Of a stretch of 64,000 nt of DNA, positions 27,655 through 36,116 are shown piece after piece. A program made the position numbers and the translations under genes. The first letter of the stretch is position 1. Every line of letters begins with the position of its first letter. Source of the stretch: Hyphomonadaceae bacterium (GTDB lineage: Bacteria > Pseudomonadota > Alphaproteobacteria > Caulobacterales > Aquidulcibacteraceae); contig JAJTGP010000059.1 in assembly GCA_021299265.1 (NCBI GenBank), positions 28,450 through 92,449 of the forward strand, in the 5' to 3' direction. The notes beneath the pieces are model-generated. The model searched no databases. It had not been told where the DNA came from and saw only the letters and a list, made by a program, of their open reading frames with translations.

Positions 27655-28851
27655 TCATTGCGCCTGTTTATGTGCTCGCATGGCTTCTCTAAAGCGTTCA
27701 AACAAATAGAAACTGTCTTTAGGACCCGGGCTGGCCTCTGGGTGATATTGCACCGAGAAGACAGGTTGATCGGCCACAGCGATCCCGCAATTAGAACCAT
27801 CGAACAGTGAAACATGTGTCTCCACGACGCCGTCGGGCAGGCTGTCACGATCAACGGCAAAGCCATGGTTCATCGAGACGATTTCAACCTTGCCCGTTGA
27901 AAGGTCTTGCACCGGATGGTTCGCACCATGATGGCCCTGCGCCATTTTGACGGTCTTCGCACCAAGGGCGAGGCCCAACATTTGATGGCCCAAGCAGATG
28001 CCAAAGACGGGCACTTTAGCCGCGATGATCTGTTGGATGGTCTCAACCGCATAAGTGCCAGTGGCGGCGGGGTCGCCTGGGCCATTTGACAAAAGAACAC
28101 CGTTTGGCTGGTGCGCGAGTACGTCTTCCGCCAATGTGTCTGCTGGCATCACGTGGATTTTGGCGCCGGTTGAGCCAAGGCAGCGCAGGATGTTTTCCTT
28201 CACGCCAAAGTCTAACACCACGACTTTGAGGTCTTCTTGGGTGTCGGCGATGCCGGTTCCGGCTGGCCACACCCACTGGGTGCCATTAAAGTCGTAAGGG
28301 GCTTTGCAAGTCACTTTCTTTGCAAGGTCTAGGCCTTCAAGGCCAGTCCAAGCAGCGGCTTTGGCAGCTAGGTCCGCGACGTCGATGTTGCCGTCTGGCG
28401 CATGAACGATCACGCCGTGCGGCATGCCATGTTCGCGAATACGGACGGTCAGGGCGCGGGTATCAATCCCGGTCAGGCCAACGATGTTTTTCGACTTCAA
28501 CCATGCATCGAGCGATGCCGTGGACCGCCAGTTTGAGGGGCGGCTGATGTCTGCGCGCATCACAGCTCCGCGGGCACCGTGGGCAGCAGGTGGGCAAGAA
28601 TCTTCTTCATCTTCGCTATTGGTGCCGGTGTTACCAATGTGGGGTGCGGTAAAGGCAATGATTTGTCCCGCATAGGACGGATCTGTCAGAATTTCCTGAT
28701 AACCAGACATGGCCGTGTTAAAACAGACTTCGGCAACGGCCTCGCCAATTGCGCCACAGCCGTGGCCCCAAAAAACAGTACCATCAGCCAGAACAAGGGC
28801 GGCGGTTGGTTGGCGCGCGAAAGCGAGCGCGTGATCTTGCGCAGAGGTCAA
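27655..28851 (-). CDS. carA: Carbamoyl-phosphate synthase small (glutaminase) subunit
   Basis: LVLADGTVFWG start, GATase nucleophile FGICLGHQ, and QYHPE. Confidence 0.95.
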   Translation of the reverse strand: MTSAQDHALAFARQPTAALVLADGTVFWGHGCGAIGEAVAEVCFNTAMSGYQEILTDPSYAGQIIAFTAPHIGNTGTNSEDEEDSCPPAAHGARGAVMRADISRPSNWRSTASLDAWLKSKNIVGLTGIDTRALTVRIREHGMPHGVIVHAPDGNIDVADLAAKAAAWTGLEGLDLAKKVTCKAPYDFNGTQWVWPAGTGIADTQEDLKVVVLDFGVKENILRCLGSTGAKIHVMPADTLAEDVLAHQPNGVLLSNGPGDPAATGTYAVETIQQIIAAKVPVFGICLGHQMLGLALGAKTVKMAQGHHGANHPVQDLSTGKVEIVSMNHGFAVDRDSLPDGVVETHVSLFDGSNCGIAVADQPVFSVQYHPEASPGPKDSFYLFERFREAMRAHKQAQ

Positions 28852-28946
28852 GGTGGTGCTCCCGGGATTTTGTTGCTGTTAAGCCCGTGAGCGCGTGAGG
28901 TCAAATCAGGATGGCAGCAATGTCGATTTTGGGGTGTCTACAACGC

Positions 28947-30755
28947 TCATGAGTTTCCCTTGAGGTGCTGGTCGCGCAAGACCCGCATGCGCTCTGACGG
29001 GGTGGCCGACGTCGAGGCTTCTAACAGGGAGGCGCGCATCGAAGCCCGCTTTTCATGGATTGCGACCAAGATATTGCCCATCGGCACTCCAGATTCGACC
29101 AAAATAGCTTCCCCGACCTGCAAGCTGGCTTCTAGGGTTTCCGGCACGGCTTCACGAACCCCCAAACTATAGAGGTGGACCGCGTGGGCAGCGTCTCGGC
29201 TGCGCGCCACAATAGGTAGATTGGGTTGCTCTAGGTGGGCTGCAGTTACTACCTGGTCGACGGCAGAGCCGCCATCCATGGTGACAACCAAGGCGCGAGC
29301 CCGCTCAATCCCGCACGCGCGCAGAAACTCGCCGCGTGAGGCGTCGCCGAGATAGACCTTTTTGCCAGCCTTGCGCGCGCGTCGCACCCGATCAATATCG
29401 GAATCTACCGCAATGTACGGGATTTTTTGTTCGGCCAATAACTCAACCGCGACAACCCCAACACGGCCATAACCAGCTACAATGACATGCGGGCTATCGG
29501 TCTGACTGGCCTGCTGGGCTAGGTCCTTCTCCTCGGCCTCAAGTGGCAATTTGGTGTTAGTTGCTTGCATGCCATATCGACCCAAAAGCGGGATCAAGCA
29601 CATGGTGATGGCGGCGACGAGGAGGGCAAAGTCTGCTTGCTCGGCAGGCAGGACTGACAGGCTGGTCGCAAGTCCTAAAACCACAAAGGCAAATTCCCCA
29701 CCGGGGCCGAGGATTAGGCCGGCCTTTATCGCTGCAGGTCGCTTAATCCCGAAACTTGGGCCAAGGGTGGCAACCACAGCGGCCTTAACGGCGATTAGGC
29801 CGAGTATTGCCCCGACAATCTCAAGCGGTCGCTCTAATACTTTGCCAATATCGACACTCATCCCGACCGAGACAAGAAACACGCCGAGCAGAAGTCCCTT
29901 GAACGGTTCAATCGTGGCTTCGACTTCGCGGCGATATTCGGTTTCTGCGAGGAGTAGCCCCGCCAAGAACGCGCCGAGGGCCATGGACAGTCCTGCTGCC
30001 GCACTGCCGAGTGCCGTGGCGATTACAACCAACAAGCAGGCGGCCATGAAGATTTCTGGGCTGCGGGTTCGCGCTGCTTGGCGGAACAGCGGGCGCAGCA
30101 CGATGCGGCCAATCACAATCGTCAAGGCAACAGCTAAGACGGCGATAGCCAAGCTTTGCACCAGCCCGCCAACGCCAAGGCCCATGCGGTCAGGTGCCAA
30201 CATAGACACTGCAAACAAGATTGGCACGACGGCTAAATCTTGGAAAAGCAGAACCCCAAAGGCCCCACGTCCGGTGGGGCTGGTCAGGCGCTTTTGCTCG
30301 GCCAAGGTTTGCAACACAACAGCAGTAGAGGAAAGCGATAGGGCAAGGCCGATCACGGCGGCACCTGTGCCTGTGGTGCCTAAAAAGAAGTAGCAGACCG
30401 CAAAAATCGCGATTGCTGAAACCCCCAATTGCAGCGAACCTAAGCCAAACACTACCTTGCGCATCATGTTTAGTCGCTCAAACGACAGCTCAAGCCCGAT
30501 GGCAAAGAGGAGAAAGACAATTCCCATTTCCGCCATCATGGCGATTGAGGCGCGGTCTTGGATCGTGAAGGCGTTGAGCCAAGGATATTGAACCGCGAGC
30601 TCCCCCAAGCCTGACGGCCCTAGGATGATGCCACACAGGATGAATCCCAGCACAGGGCTGATTTTGAATCTATGGAAGAGAGGCACGACAATGGCTGCGG
30701 CCGTTAGAATAATGACTGGCTCTTTGAAAGCCGTCATGTCCACCATTCCTGCCAA
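28947..30755 (-). CDS. CPA2 monovalent cation:proton antiporter, Kef-type with C-terminal RCK/TrkA-N domain
   Basis: Roughly 12 TM helices, then VIVAGYGRVGVVAVELL (GxGxxG) and a Kef-like C-terminal domain. Confidence 0.9.
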   Translation of the reverse strand: MAGMVDMTAFKEPVIILTAAAIVVPLFHRFKISPVLGFILCGIILGPSGLGELAVQYPWLNAFTIQDRASIAMMAEMGIVFLLFAIGLELSFERLNMMRKVVFGLGSLQLGVSAIAIFAVCYFFLGTTGTGAAVIGLALSLSSTAVVLQTLAEQKRLTSPTGRGAFGVLLFQDLAVVPILFAVSMLAPDRMGLGVGGLVQSLAIAVLAVALTIVIGRIVLRPLFRQAARTRSPEIFMAACLLVVIATALGSAAAGLSMALGAFLAGLLLAETEYRREVEATIEPFKGLLLGVFLVSVGMSVDIGKVLERPLEIVGAILGLIAVKAAVVATLGPSFGIKRPAAIKAGLILGPGGEFAFVVLGLATSLSVLPAEQADFALLVAAITMCLIPLLGRYGMQATNTKLPLEAEEKDLAQQASQTDSPHVIVAGYGRVGVVAVELLAEQKIPYIAVDSDIDRVRRARKAGKKVYLGDASRGEFLRACGIERARALVVTMDGGSAVDQVVTAAHLEQPNLPIVARSRDAAHAVHLYSLGVREAVPETLEASLQVGEAILVESGVPMGNILVAIHEKRASMRASLLEASTSATPSERMRVLRDQHLKGNS

Positions 30756-30838
30756 ATCAATTCCTCCTGCAGTAATCCTAATGCAGCCCAGTTTGATTTG
30801 CCACGTTTCTTTAACGCGTTTCCTAGAAAATCGTTGCT

Positions 30839-31288
30839 ATGACTGATTCGAACCACATTCTGAGCAGACGGCGCTTAGCAAAATCTGCGGCCGCCGCGAC
30901 TTTTGCATTGGCTTCCACCGCCGCTTTGGGCGTATCGAGCGCCCGGGCTGCTAAACCTGTTCCAAAAGGGGGTGGGAATGAAGCTGGCTTTTTGGGTTCA
31001 AACCAAATCACCGCCAGCATTATGCGCCAATTTCGCCCGGTCGGACTTATACAGATCGATATGGGGATTGTTGTAGGGGCCATTCCAAAGCGTGAACGGG
31101 CTCAAGCCGCGACCCCGGCGCTGCGCGCGGCTTGGCGCGGTGTGGCGCAAGAATTCGTCAATAGCTTTTTTATTCCAGGCCGCGTGCCCGATACCCAGAT
31201 TTTGGGTCAGCGTATGCAGGCCGTGACCGACCGTGTGGTCGGCCCCGGCATTGCGCGTGTGGTTCTGTTGTCGGTGATTGTGCGGTAG
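30839..31288 (+). CDS. Small Tat-signal protein of unknown function
   Basis: SRRRLAKSAAAATFALAS twin-arginine leader. The mature part is about 110 aa, with no family recognised. Confidence 0.5.
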   Translation: MTDSNHILSRRRLAKSAAAATFALASTAALGVSSARAAKPVPKGGGNEAGFLGSNQITASIMRQFRPVGLIQIDMGIVVGAIPKRERAQAATPALRAAWRGVAQEFVNSFFIPGRVPDTQILGQRMQAVTDRVVGPGIARVVLLSVIVR

Positions 31289-31297
31289 GCTTTCGGC

Positions 31298-32074
31298 CTA
31301 CATAGCAGAAATACCGCCATCGACTTTCAACTCTGCACCTGTCACAAACTTGCTCTCATCGCTGGCCAGATAGACGGCGGCATAAGCAATATCGTCGGGC
31401 TCACCCAATCGACCCAATGGGACTTGGCGGGCAAGTTTTGCATAAGCTTCTTCTTGCGAACCAACCAAACCGGCCATCCCGTCCAAGATCGGCGTCTTGA
31501 TAAAGGTTGGGTGGATGGAATTGCAGCGGAAGCCCGGCACTTTGCGGGCACAATGCAGCGCGACAGACTTGGTCAATAACCAAACGGCGGCTTTAGCGGC
31601 ATTATAGGCGGCATAATTGGCCGAAGCGATCAGGCCCGCGATGGACGAGATATTCACGATCGCGCCTGGCCCATAAGGCTTCATGACGCCCAACGCATAT
31701 TTACAGCCGAGGAAGACGGAATCGACGTCGACCGCCATAACCTTCTTCCAGTTTTCAAATGTTTCGCTTTCAACCGAGCCCAAGCTGCCAATACCCGCAT
31801 TGTTAACGAGGACGTTGAGGCCACCCATGGCGTCGTGGGCGGCGTTGACGATTTCGATCCAACGCGCTTCTGAGCAAACATCTTGTTGGAAGGCGGTGGC
31901 GTGGCCGGGATAAAGCGCGTTGATGGCCGCGGCAGTTGCATCCGCGCCTGCCCCGTTGATGTCTGTGACAACAACTTTTGCGCCTTCTTTGGCATACATG
32001 GTGGCGATTGCCGCGCCTAAGCCTTGGGCAGCCCCGGTGATCAAGGCCATTTTGCCGGCCATACGTCCTGTCAT
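31298..32074 (-). CDS. Classical SDR oxidoreductase
   Basis: ALITGAAQGLG, NNAG, and Ser plus the YNAAK catalytic motif. Confidence 0.9.
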   Translation of the reverse strand: MTGRMAGKMALITGAAQGLGAAIATMYAKEGAKVVVTDINGAGADATAAAINALYPGHATAFQQDVCSEARWIEIVNAAHDAMGGLNVLVNNAGIGSLGSVESETFENWKKVMAVDVDSVFLGCKYALGVMKPYGPGAIVNISSIAGLIASANYAAYNAAKAAVWLLTKSVALHCARKVPGFRCNSIHPTFIKTPILDGMAGLVGSQEEAYAKLARQVPLGRLGEPDDIAYAAVYLASDESKFVTGAELKVDGGISAM

Positions 32075-32089
32075 GTTCGTCTCCCTGAA

Positions 32090-32632
32090 TTATATGCGAC
32101 GTAGACCATCCCAAGCCGCTTGTTCGAGTTGCTGGAGACTTTCCACCGAACAGGCATGGTTGCGCAAGAGGGCTGACAGCGGACCCCAGACGATTGCCGC
32201 CAATTCTTCACCGCTGAAAGCCTTGAGCTCGCCTGTGGCAGCCCCGTCTCGGGCAAAGATCGCACTGGCTTTGATGAAGGCGCTGTCAGCGCCCATCGGC
32301 TTGCGGGCGAGATAGGCCGCGAGGTCAGGTTCTGAGAGGGCGAATTCGGCCAGTCGAGACCACATCAAGCGAAACCGCTCTTCAAGTCCAAGGCGTGCCG
32401 GGAAGGGTGCGAAGACATGGCGATCAAAATTGGCCCGAGCGCGCCCGTCTAAAAGCGCTGCAAGTGCGCTCTTGGATGGCGCGATGCGATACAGCGTACC
32501 AACGGCGATTTTGGCCGCGGCGGCCAGTTCTGGCATGGAGATGCTGTCGAGGCTATCGCCCAGCGCTACCGAAGCGCGCAGCAGTCGGTCCTCGATGGCT
32601 GAAATCGGTTCTGGGGATCGTCTTTTGGCCAT
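32090..32632 (-). CDS. TetR-family transcriptional regulator
   Basis: N-terminal HTH ISMPELAAAAKIAVGTLYRIAPSK. Immediately upstream of, and co-oriented with, the SDR gene. Confidence 0.8.
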   Translation of the reverse strand: MAKRRSPEPISAIEDRLLRASVALGDSLDSISMPELAAAAKIAVGTLYRIAPSKSALAALLDGRARANFDRHVFAPFPARLGLEERFRLMWSRLAEFALSEPDLAAYLARKPMGADSAFIKASAIFARDGAATGELKAFSGEELAAIVWGPLSALLRNHACSVESLQQLEQAAWDGLRRI

Positions 32633-32681
32633 GCCCGCACCTCAATGAAAAAATATTCAATGAAGTGGTTCGCCGCTCGGT

Positions 32682-33329
32682 TCAATGCAGCGTTCTGAGC
32701 AACATCATGGTGGCCGTACTGAGTAGCAGCAAACCAACGACGGCTGAGAAGAGGCGCGCGAAACGGGCTTGCGCAAATTGGCGTGCCATCAAGCCCCCTG
32801 CCAGCGCAAACATCGACATCGTGATCGTATCAAACAGGACGGTCCCGGCAGCAAACATGGCTAATTGCGGGACGGTGTCGCGCTGCGGATCGATGAAGGG
32901 TGGCAAGACGGCGGTAAAAAACAAGAGTGCCTTTGGATTGCTTATCTGCACCAGAAAGCCGTCTTTAAACGGGTTACTACCAGCAGCCTGACCCGCAAGT
33001 TGGAAGCCTTGTGTTTCCTTGGACAGCGCGGCACGGAGAGCTTTAAGCCCAAGCCAAGCCAGATAAAGCCCACCCAGAATCGCCAGCATCGAAAACACAG
33101 TGGGATAGAGGCGCATCAACACGCCCAGTCCCAAGGCGGCGAAGACAAACCACACCAATGAAGCAACGTTCATTCCAAATACACCCCAAAGGCCAGCGCG
33201 TGGGCCTTGGGCCAGACCCGTTGCCAAAGCGAACAGATTGGCCGGTCCTGGGGTTGCGGCCATGCCTGCCATGATCAGCAAGAAGGAGGCATAGGCATGA
33301 GGGTCAACGGGCAAATGGTCGAAGTTCAT
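32682..33329 (-). CDS. LysE/RhtB-family amino-acid exporter
   Basis: Six hydrophobic segments and PGPANLFALATG motif. Confidence 0.85.
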   Translation of the reverse strand: MNFDHLPVDPHAYASFLLIMAGMAATPGPANLFALATGLAQGPRAGLWGVFGMNVASLVWFVFAALGLGVLMRLYPTVFSMLAILGGLYLAWLGLKALRAALSKETQGFQLAGQAAGSNPFKDGFLVQISNPKALLFFTAVLPPFIDPQRDTVPQLAMFAAGTVLFDTITMSMFALAGGLMARQFAQARFARLFSAVVGLLLLSTATMMLLRTLH

Positions 33330-34741
33330 CAGCTATCAGTCCGGTCCCCGAATAATGTATCGAGGCGTTTGGGCAGGCTTTCCGCTAAGCCGTCGAGCGG
33401 GCCTGAAGAGAGCAGAAGCACCACTTCATCGCCTTTCAATGTTTCCGGCATGTCATGGAGAAACATCTGTGTATCCTCAATGCCTTGAGCCGAAACGCCT
33501 GCAGTATGTACCCGCGAAAGAATTTCTGACAGCGTCAATTGGGCTTGGCTTGCGGCTCCAATTTTTGGCGGCGGCAGAATATGAACCTGATCGCAGCCCT
33601 CAAAGACATGATCATACCAAGCCAAGGCATCTTGATTGCGCCACGAGAAGGTGTGGGGCTCAAACACCACAACCAAGGGCCGGGCCGGGAAGTGCAGGCG
33701 GATCGCATCTATGGCCGAGCGGGCCTTCTCGTAGGAGGAGCCAAAACCTTCATAGGCCGGGATGGAAGAGGTTCGGGTCTTCTTGTCGAGCCGACGGGCG
33801 ACACCACGAAAAGCCCGAACAGCTACTTGGATCTGGGCTGGGCTCATCACACCGCGTTCCAGCACAAAGGCGCTGCCTCCAATGATGTTTTCAATATTGT
33901 GGAGGCCCAACAACTCGGTCTCTAGCGCGATCCGTTCGCCATTTGGGCAGACGAGGTCAAACCCGGTGACTTCGCCAATCACGATCTTATCGGCACAATA
34001 GCCTGGGTTTGCCTTCAGGCCGTACCAGACTGCGGGCCGGTCACCAATCAATCGACGGACTGGCTCATAAGTGTGACAGGCAATGAGAAGGCCTTCGGGG
34101 GGCAAAGCCGAGAATAGCTTGGCGAACGGGGCCTCATAGCTCTCCATCGTCGGGAACATGTTGATATGGTCATGCACGATGGAAGAAATCAGAATGTGGC
34201 TGGGGCGATAAAGTTCAAACTTGCTGCGGCGATCTTGCAGGCTGACGATATATTCGTCGCCTTCCATGATGAAAAGTGGGTCTGTTCCAGCATGGCCGGT
34301 TTTTGGCAAATCAAGCGGGATCGCGCCGATGAACCAGCCGGGATCTTGCCCTGCGTGGCGCAAGAGGAAAGCGACCAGTGCCGTGAGGGAGCTTTTCCCA
34401 AAGCTGCCCGCGACAATCAGATTCTCGCGTTCTTGCGTGAATTGGCCGAGGTATGTCGCGAAATTATAGCAAGGCACGCCGCGTGCTTGTAGTTCGGCCA
34501 ACTCTGGGTTTGTCGCGGGGTCCATTTTGGCGGTGGTGCCCACAACGGCCACATCGATTTTTTCTGGCAGATTGGCCACATCAAAGCGCTTGGCATAGGT
34601 GATGCCGGCTTGGTCGAGATAAGTCGATACGGGCGGGAATACCCCTTCGTCGGAGCCGGTGACCTGATGGCCCTGCGATTGCAGGACGCTGGCTAAGGCG
34701 CTGACCCCAGCCCCACCGATTCCCAGAAAATAAATGTTCAT
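33329..34741 (-). CDS. mpl: UDP-N-acetylmuramate:L-alanyl-gamma-D-glutamyl-meso-diaminopimelate ligase
   Basis: MNIYFLGIGGAGVSALA Mur-ligase start, GSFGKSS P-loop. Length and domain order match Mpl. Confidence 0.88.
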   Translation of the reverse strand: MNIYFLGIGGAGVSALASVLQSQGHQVTGSDEGVFPPVSTYLDQAGITYAKRFDVANLPEKIDVAVVGTTAKMDPATNPELAELQARGVPCYNFATYLGQFTQERENLIVAGSFGKSSLTALVAFLLRHAGQDPGWFIGAIPLDLPKTGHAGTDPLFIMEGDEYIVSLQDRRSKFELYRPSHILISSIVHDHINMFPTMESYEAPFAKLFSALPPEGLLIACHTYEPVRRLIGDRPAVWYGLKANPGYCADKIVIGEVTGFDLVCPNGERIALETELLGLHNIENIIGGSAFVLERGVMSPAQIQVAVRAFRGVARRLDKKTRTSSIPAYEGFGSSYEKARSAIDAIRLHFPARPLVVVFEPHTFSWRNQDALAWYDHVFEGCDQVHILPPPKIGAASQAQLTLSEILSRVHTAGVSAQGIEDTQMFLHDMPETLKGDEVVLLLSSGPLDGLAESLPKRLDTLFGDRTDS

Positions 34742-34851
34742 TTCGACCCTTTAGCGCGGCTTTTCGAGGTCGTCACGTCTGGGTTCGCAGGGGATGTAAG
34801 GCAATGTGCGGAGCGACTTCGCAGCGGCGTTGTGCTGAGCTAAAGGAAGGC

Positions 34852-35547
34852 ATGCCCTTTTCCGTCTCCGTCATCACCCTAACCCCAGAGGCTTGGCCCG
34901 GCGCCCTTGGTGCGTCTTTGATTGGCAGCGGGCTCGAAAAATCTGTGTGGTCGCTGGAATTGATTGACTTGCGTGGCTTTGGTGATGGAAAGCATCGCCA
35001 AGTAGATGACACCCCGGCCGGAGGCGGCGCGGGCATGGTGATGAAAGCGGATGTGGCGGCGCGCGCAATCGATAGCTTGCCACGTGATGGCCGCCCCCTG
35101 ATTTATCTGACCCCACGTGGCAAGCCTTTGACCCAAGCCCGGGTTCGCGAATTGGCGGAGGGTCCTGGCGTTGTGCTGTTTTGCGGCCGCTTTGAAGGGT
35201 TGGATGAGCGCGCCATTTTGACCCGCGAGATGGAAGAAATTGCGGTGGGCGATATTGTGCTGACAGGCGGCGACCTGCCCGCACAAATGCTGGTGGAAGC
35301 CAGTGTCCGCCTGTTGCCGGGCCTGTTGGGTAATGCTGATAGCCTTGGCGAGGAGAGCTTTGAATCCGGTCTGTTGGAGCATCCCCTCTACACACGGCCG
35401 CGCAGCTTTGAGGGCCATGAGATCCCGCCGGTTCTAATGTCTGGGGACCATGCCAAGATTGCCGCATGGAAAAAGCAGCAATCTGAATCGGTTACCGAAG
35501 CCCGTCGCCCCGACCTTTGGGCAGTTTATAAGGGTGACAAAGCCTGA
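34852..35547 (+). CDS. trmD: tRNA (guanine37-N1)-methyltransferase
   Basis: VITLTPEAWPG, GGGAGMVM, CGRFEGLDER and YTRP motifs. ATG at 34852 follows AAGGAAGG. Confidence 0.93.
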   Translation: MPFSVSVITLTPEAWPGALGASLIGSGLEKSVWSLELIDLRGFGDGKHRQVDDTPAGGGAGMVMKADVAARAIDSLPRDGRPLIYLTPRGKPLTQARVRELAEGPGVVLFCGRFEGLDERAILTREMEEIAVGDIVLTGGDLPAQMLVEASVRLLPGLLGNADSLGEESFESGLLEHPLYTRPRSFEGHEIPPVLMSGDHAKIAAWKKQQSESVTEARRPDLWAVYKGDKA

Positions 35548-35674
35548 TCATTCGTATAAACGCGCGTCTTCTTTCAACCTCAAAGTTCTCTTTGACAACA
35601 ACAATGCCGCGGCCTTCTTGAGCTTTTAATCTGGTTTTAAAGTCTTAAGTAGGAATCGTGCAAGGTGAGCTGAC

Positions 35675-36052
35675 ATGAATATCATCGAAACACTCGATGC
35701 CGAGGAAGTCGCACGCGTCTCCGAAGGCAAGTCCATCCCAGAATTTTCGCCAGGTGACACCCTGCGCGTGAACGTGAAGATCAAAGAAGGCGAGCGCGAG
35801 CGCGTTCAGGCCTATGAAGGCGTTTGTATTGCCCGCTCTGGCGGTGGCATCAATGCCAACTTCACGGTTCGCAAGATCTCCTTCGGCGAAGGCGTAGAGC
35901 GGGTTTTCCCGCTGCATTCGCCAAATGTTGAGTCGATCACCGTTGTGCGCAAAGGTAAAGTGCGCCGCGCTAAGTTGTACTATTTGCGTGACCGTCGCGG
36001 TAAGTCGGCCCGGATCGCCGAGCGCACAGACGGCCGTGGTTTCGGCGAATAA
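35675..36052 (+). CDS. rplS: 50S ribosomal protein L19
   Basis: [30 protein letters not shown] signature. Confidence 0.97.
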   Translation: MNIIETLDAEEVARVSEGKSIPEFSPGDTLRVNVKIKEGERERVQAYEGVCIARSGGGINANFTVRKISFGEGVERVFPLHSPNVESITVVRKGKVRRAKLYYLRDRRGKSARIAERTDGRGFGE

Positions 36053-36077
36053 GCCAAGCTACAGGTTTAAAGATAAG

Positions 36078-36110
36078 AAGGCGGTCCCTCGGGGCCGCCT
36101 TTTTTGTTTT
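36078..36110. terminator. Intrinsic terminator between convergent rplS and the ABC-F gene
   Basis: Roughly 10-bp GC-rich stem (AAGGCGGTCC / GGGCCGCCTT) followed by TTTTTGTTTT. An A/T-rich tract on the other side makes it usable in both directions. Confidence 0.7.
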
Positions 36111-36116
36111 CGGGTG

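Noticed and set aside
29551-30393. 280-aa ORF antisense to the Kef-type antiporter. The same applies to 37353-37970 (opposite the ABC-F gene), 34874-35467 (opposite trmD), 16474-17028 (opposite mltA) and 23911-24474 (opposite the DAACS gene).
   Set aside because: All are Arg/Ala/Pro/Ser-rich antisense shadows of confidently identified genes. None has a recognisable domain or a plausible start context.
30845-30854. GATTCGAACC (reverse complement GGTTCGAATC), a tRNA T-loop-like string
   Set aside because: The flanking bases cannot form a T-stem or an acceptor stem. It lies at the start of a plausible Tat-signal ORF. No tRNA is supported.
35082-35124. 11-bp perfect inverted repeat CTTGCCACGTG ... 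CACGTGGCAAG inside trmD, each arm containing CACGTG
   Set aside because: Considered as a parS-like or regulatory site. The half-sites do not match the parS consensus. The repeat arises from two Pro-Arg-Gly/Asp coding stretches. By rough estimate, about one such 11-bp repeat within a 50-nt span is expected by chance in 64 kb.
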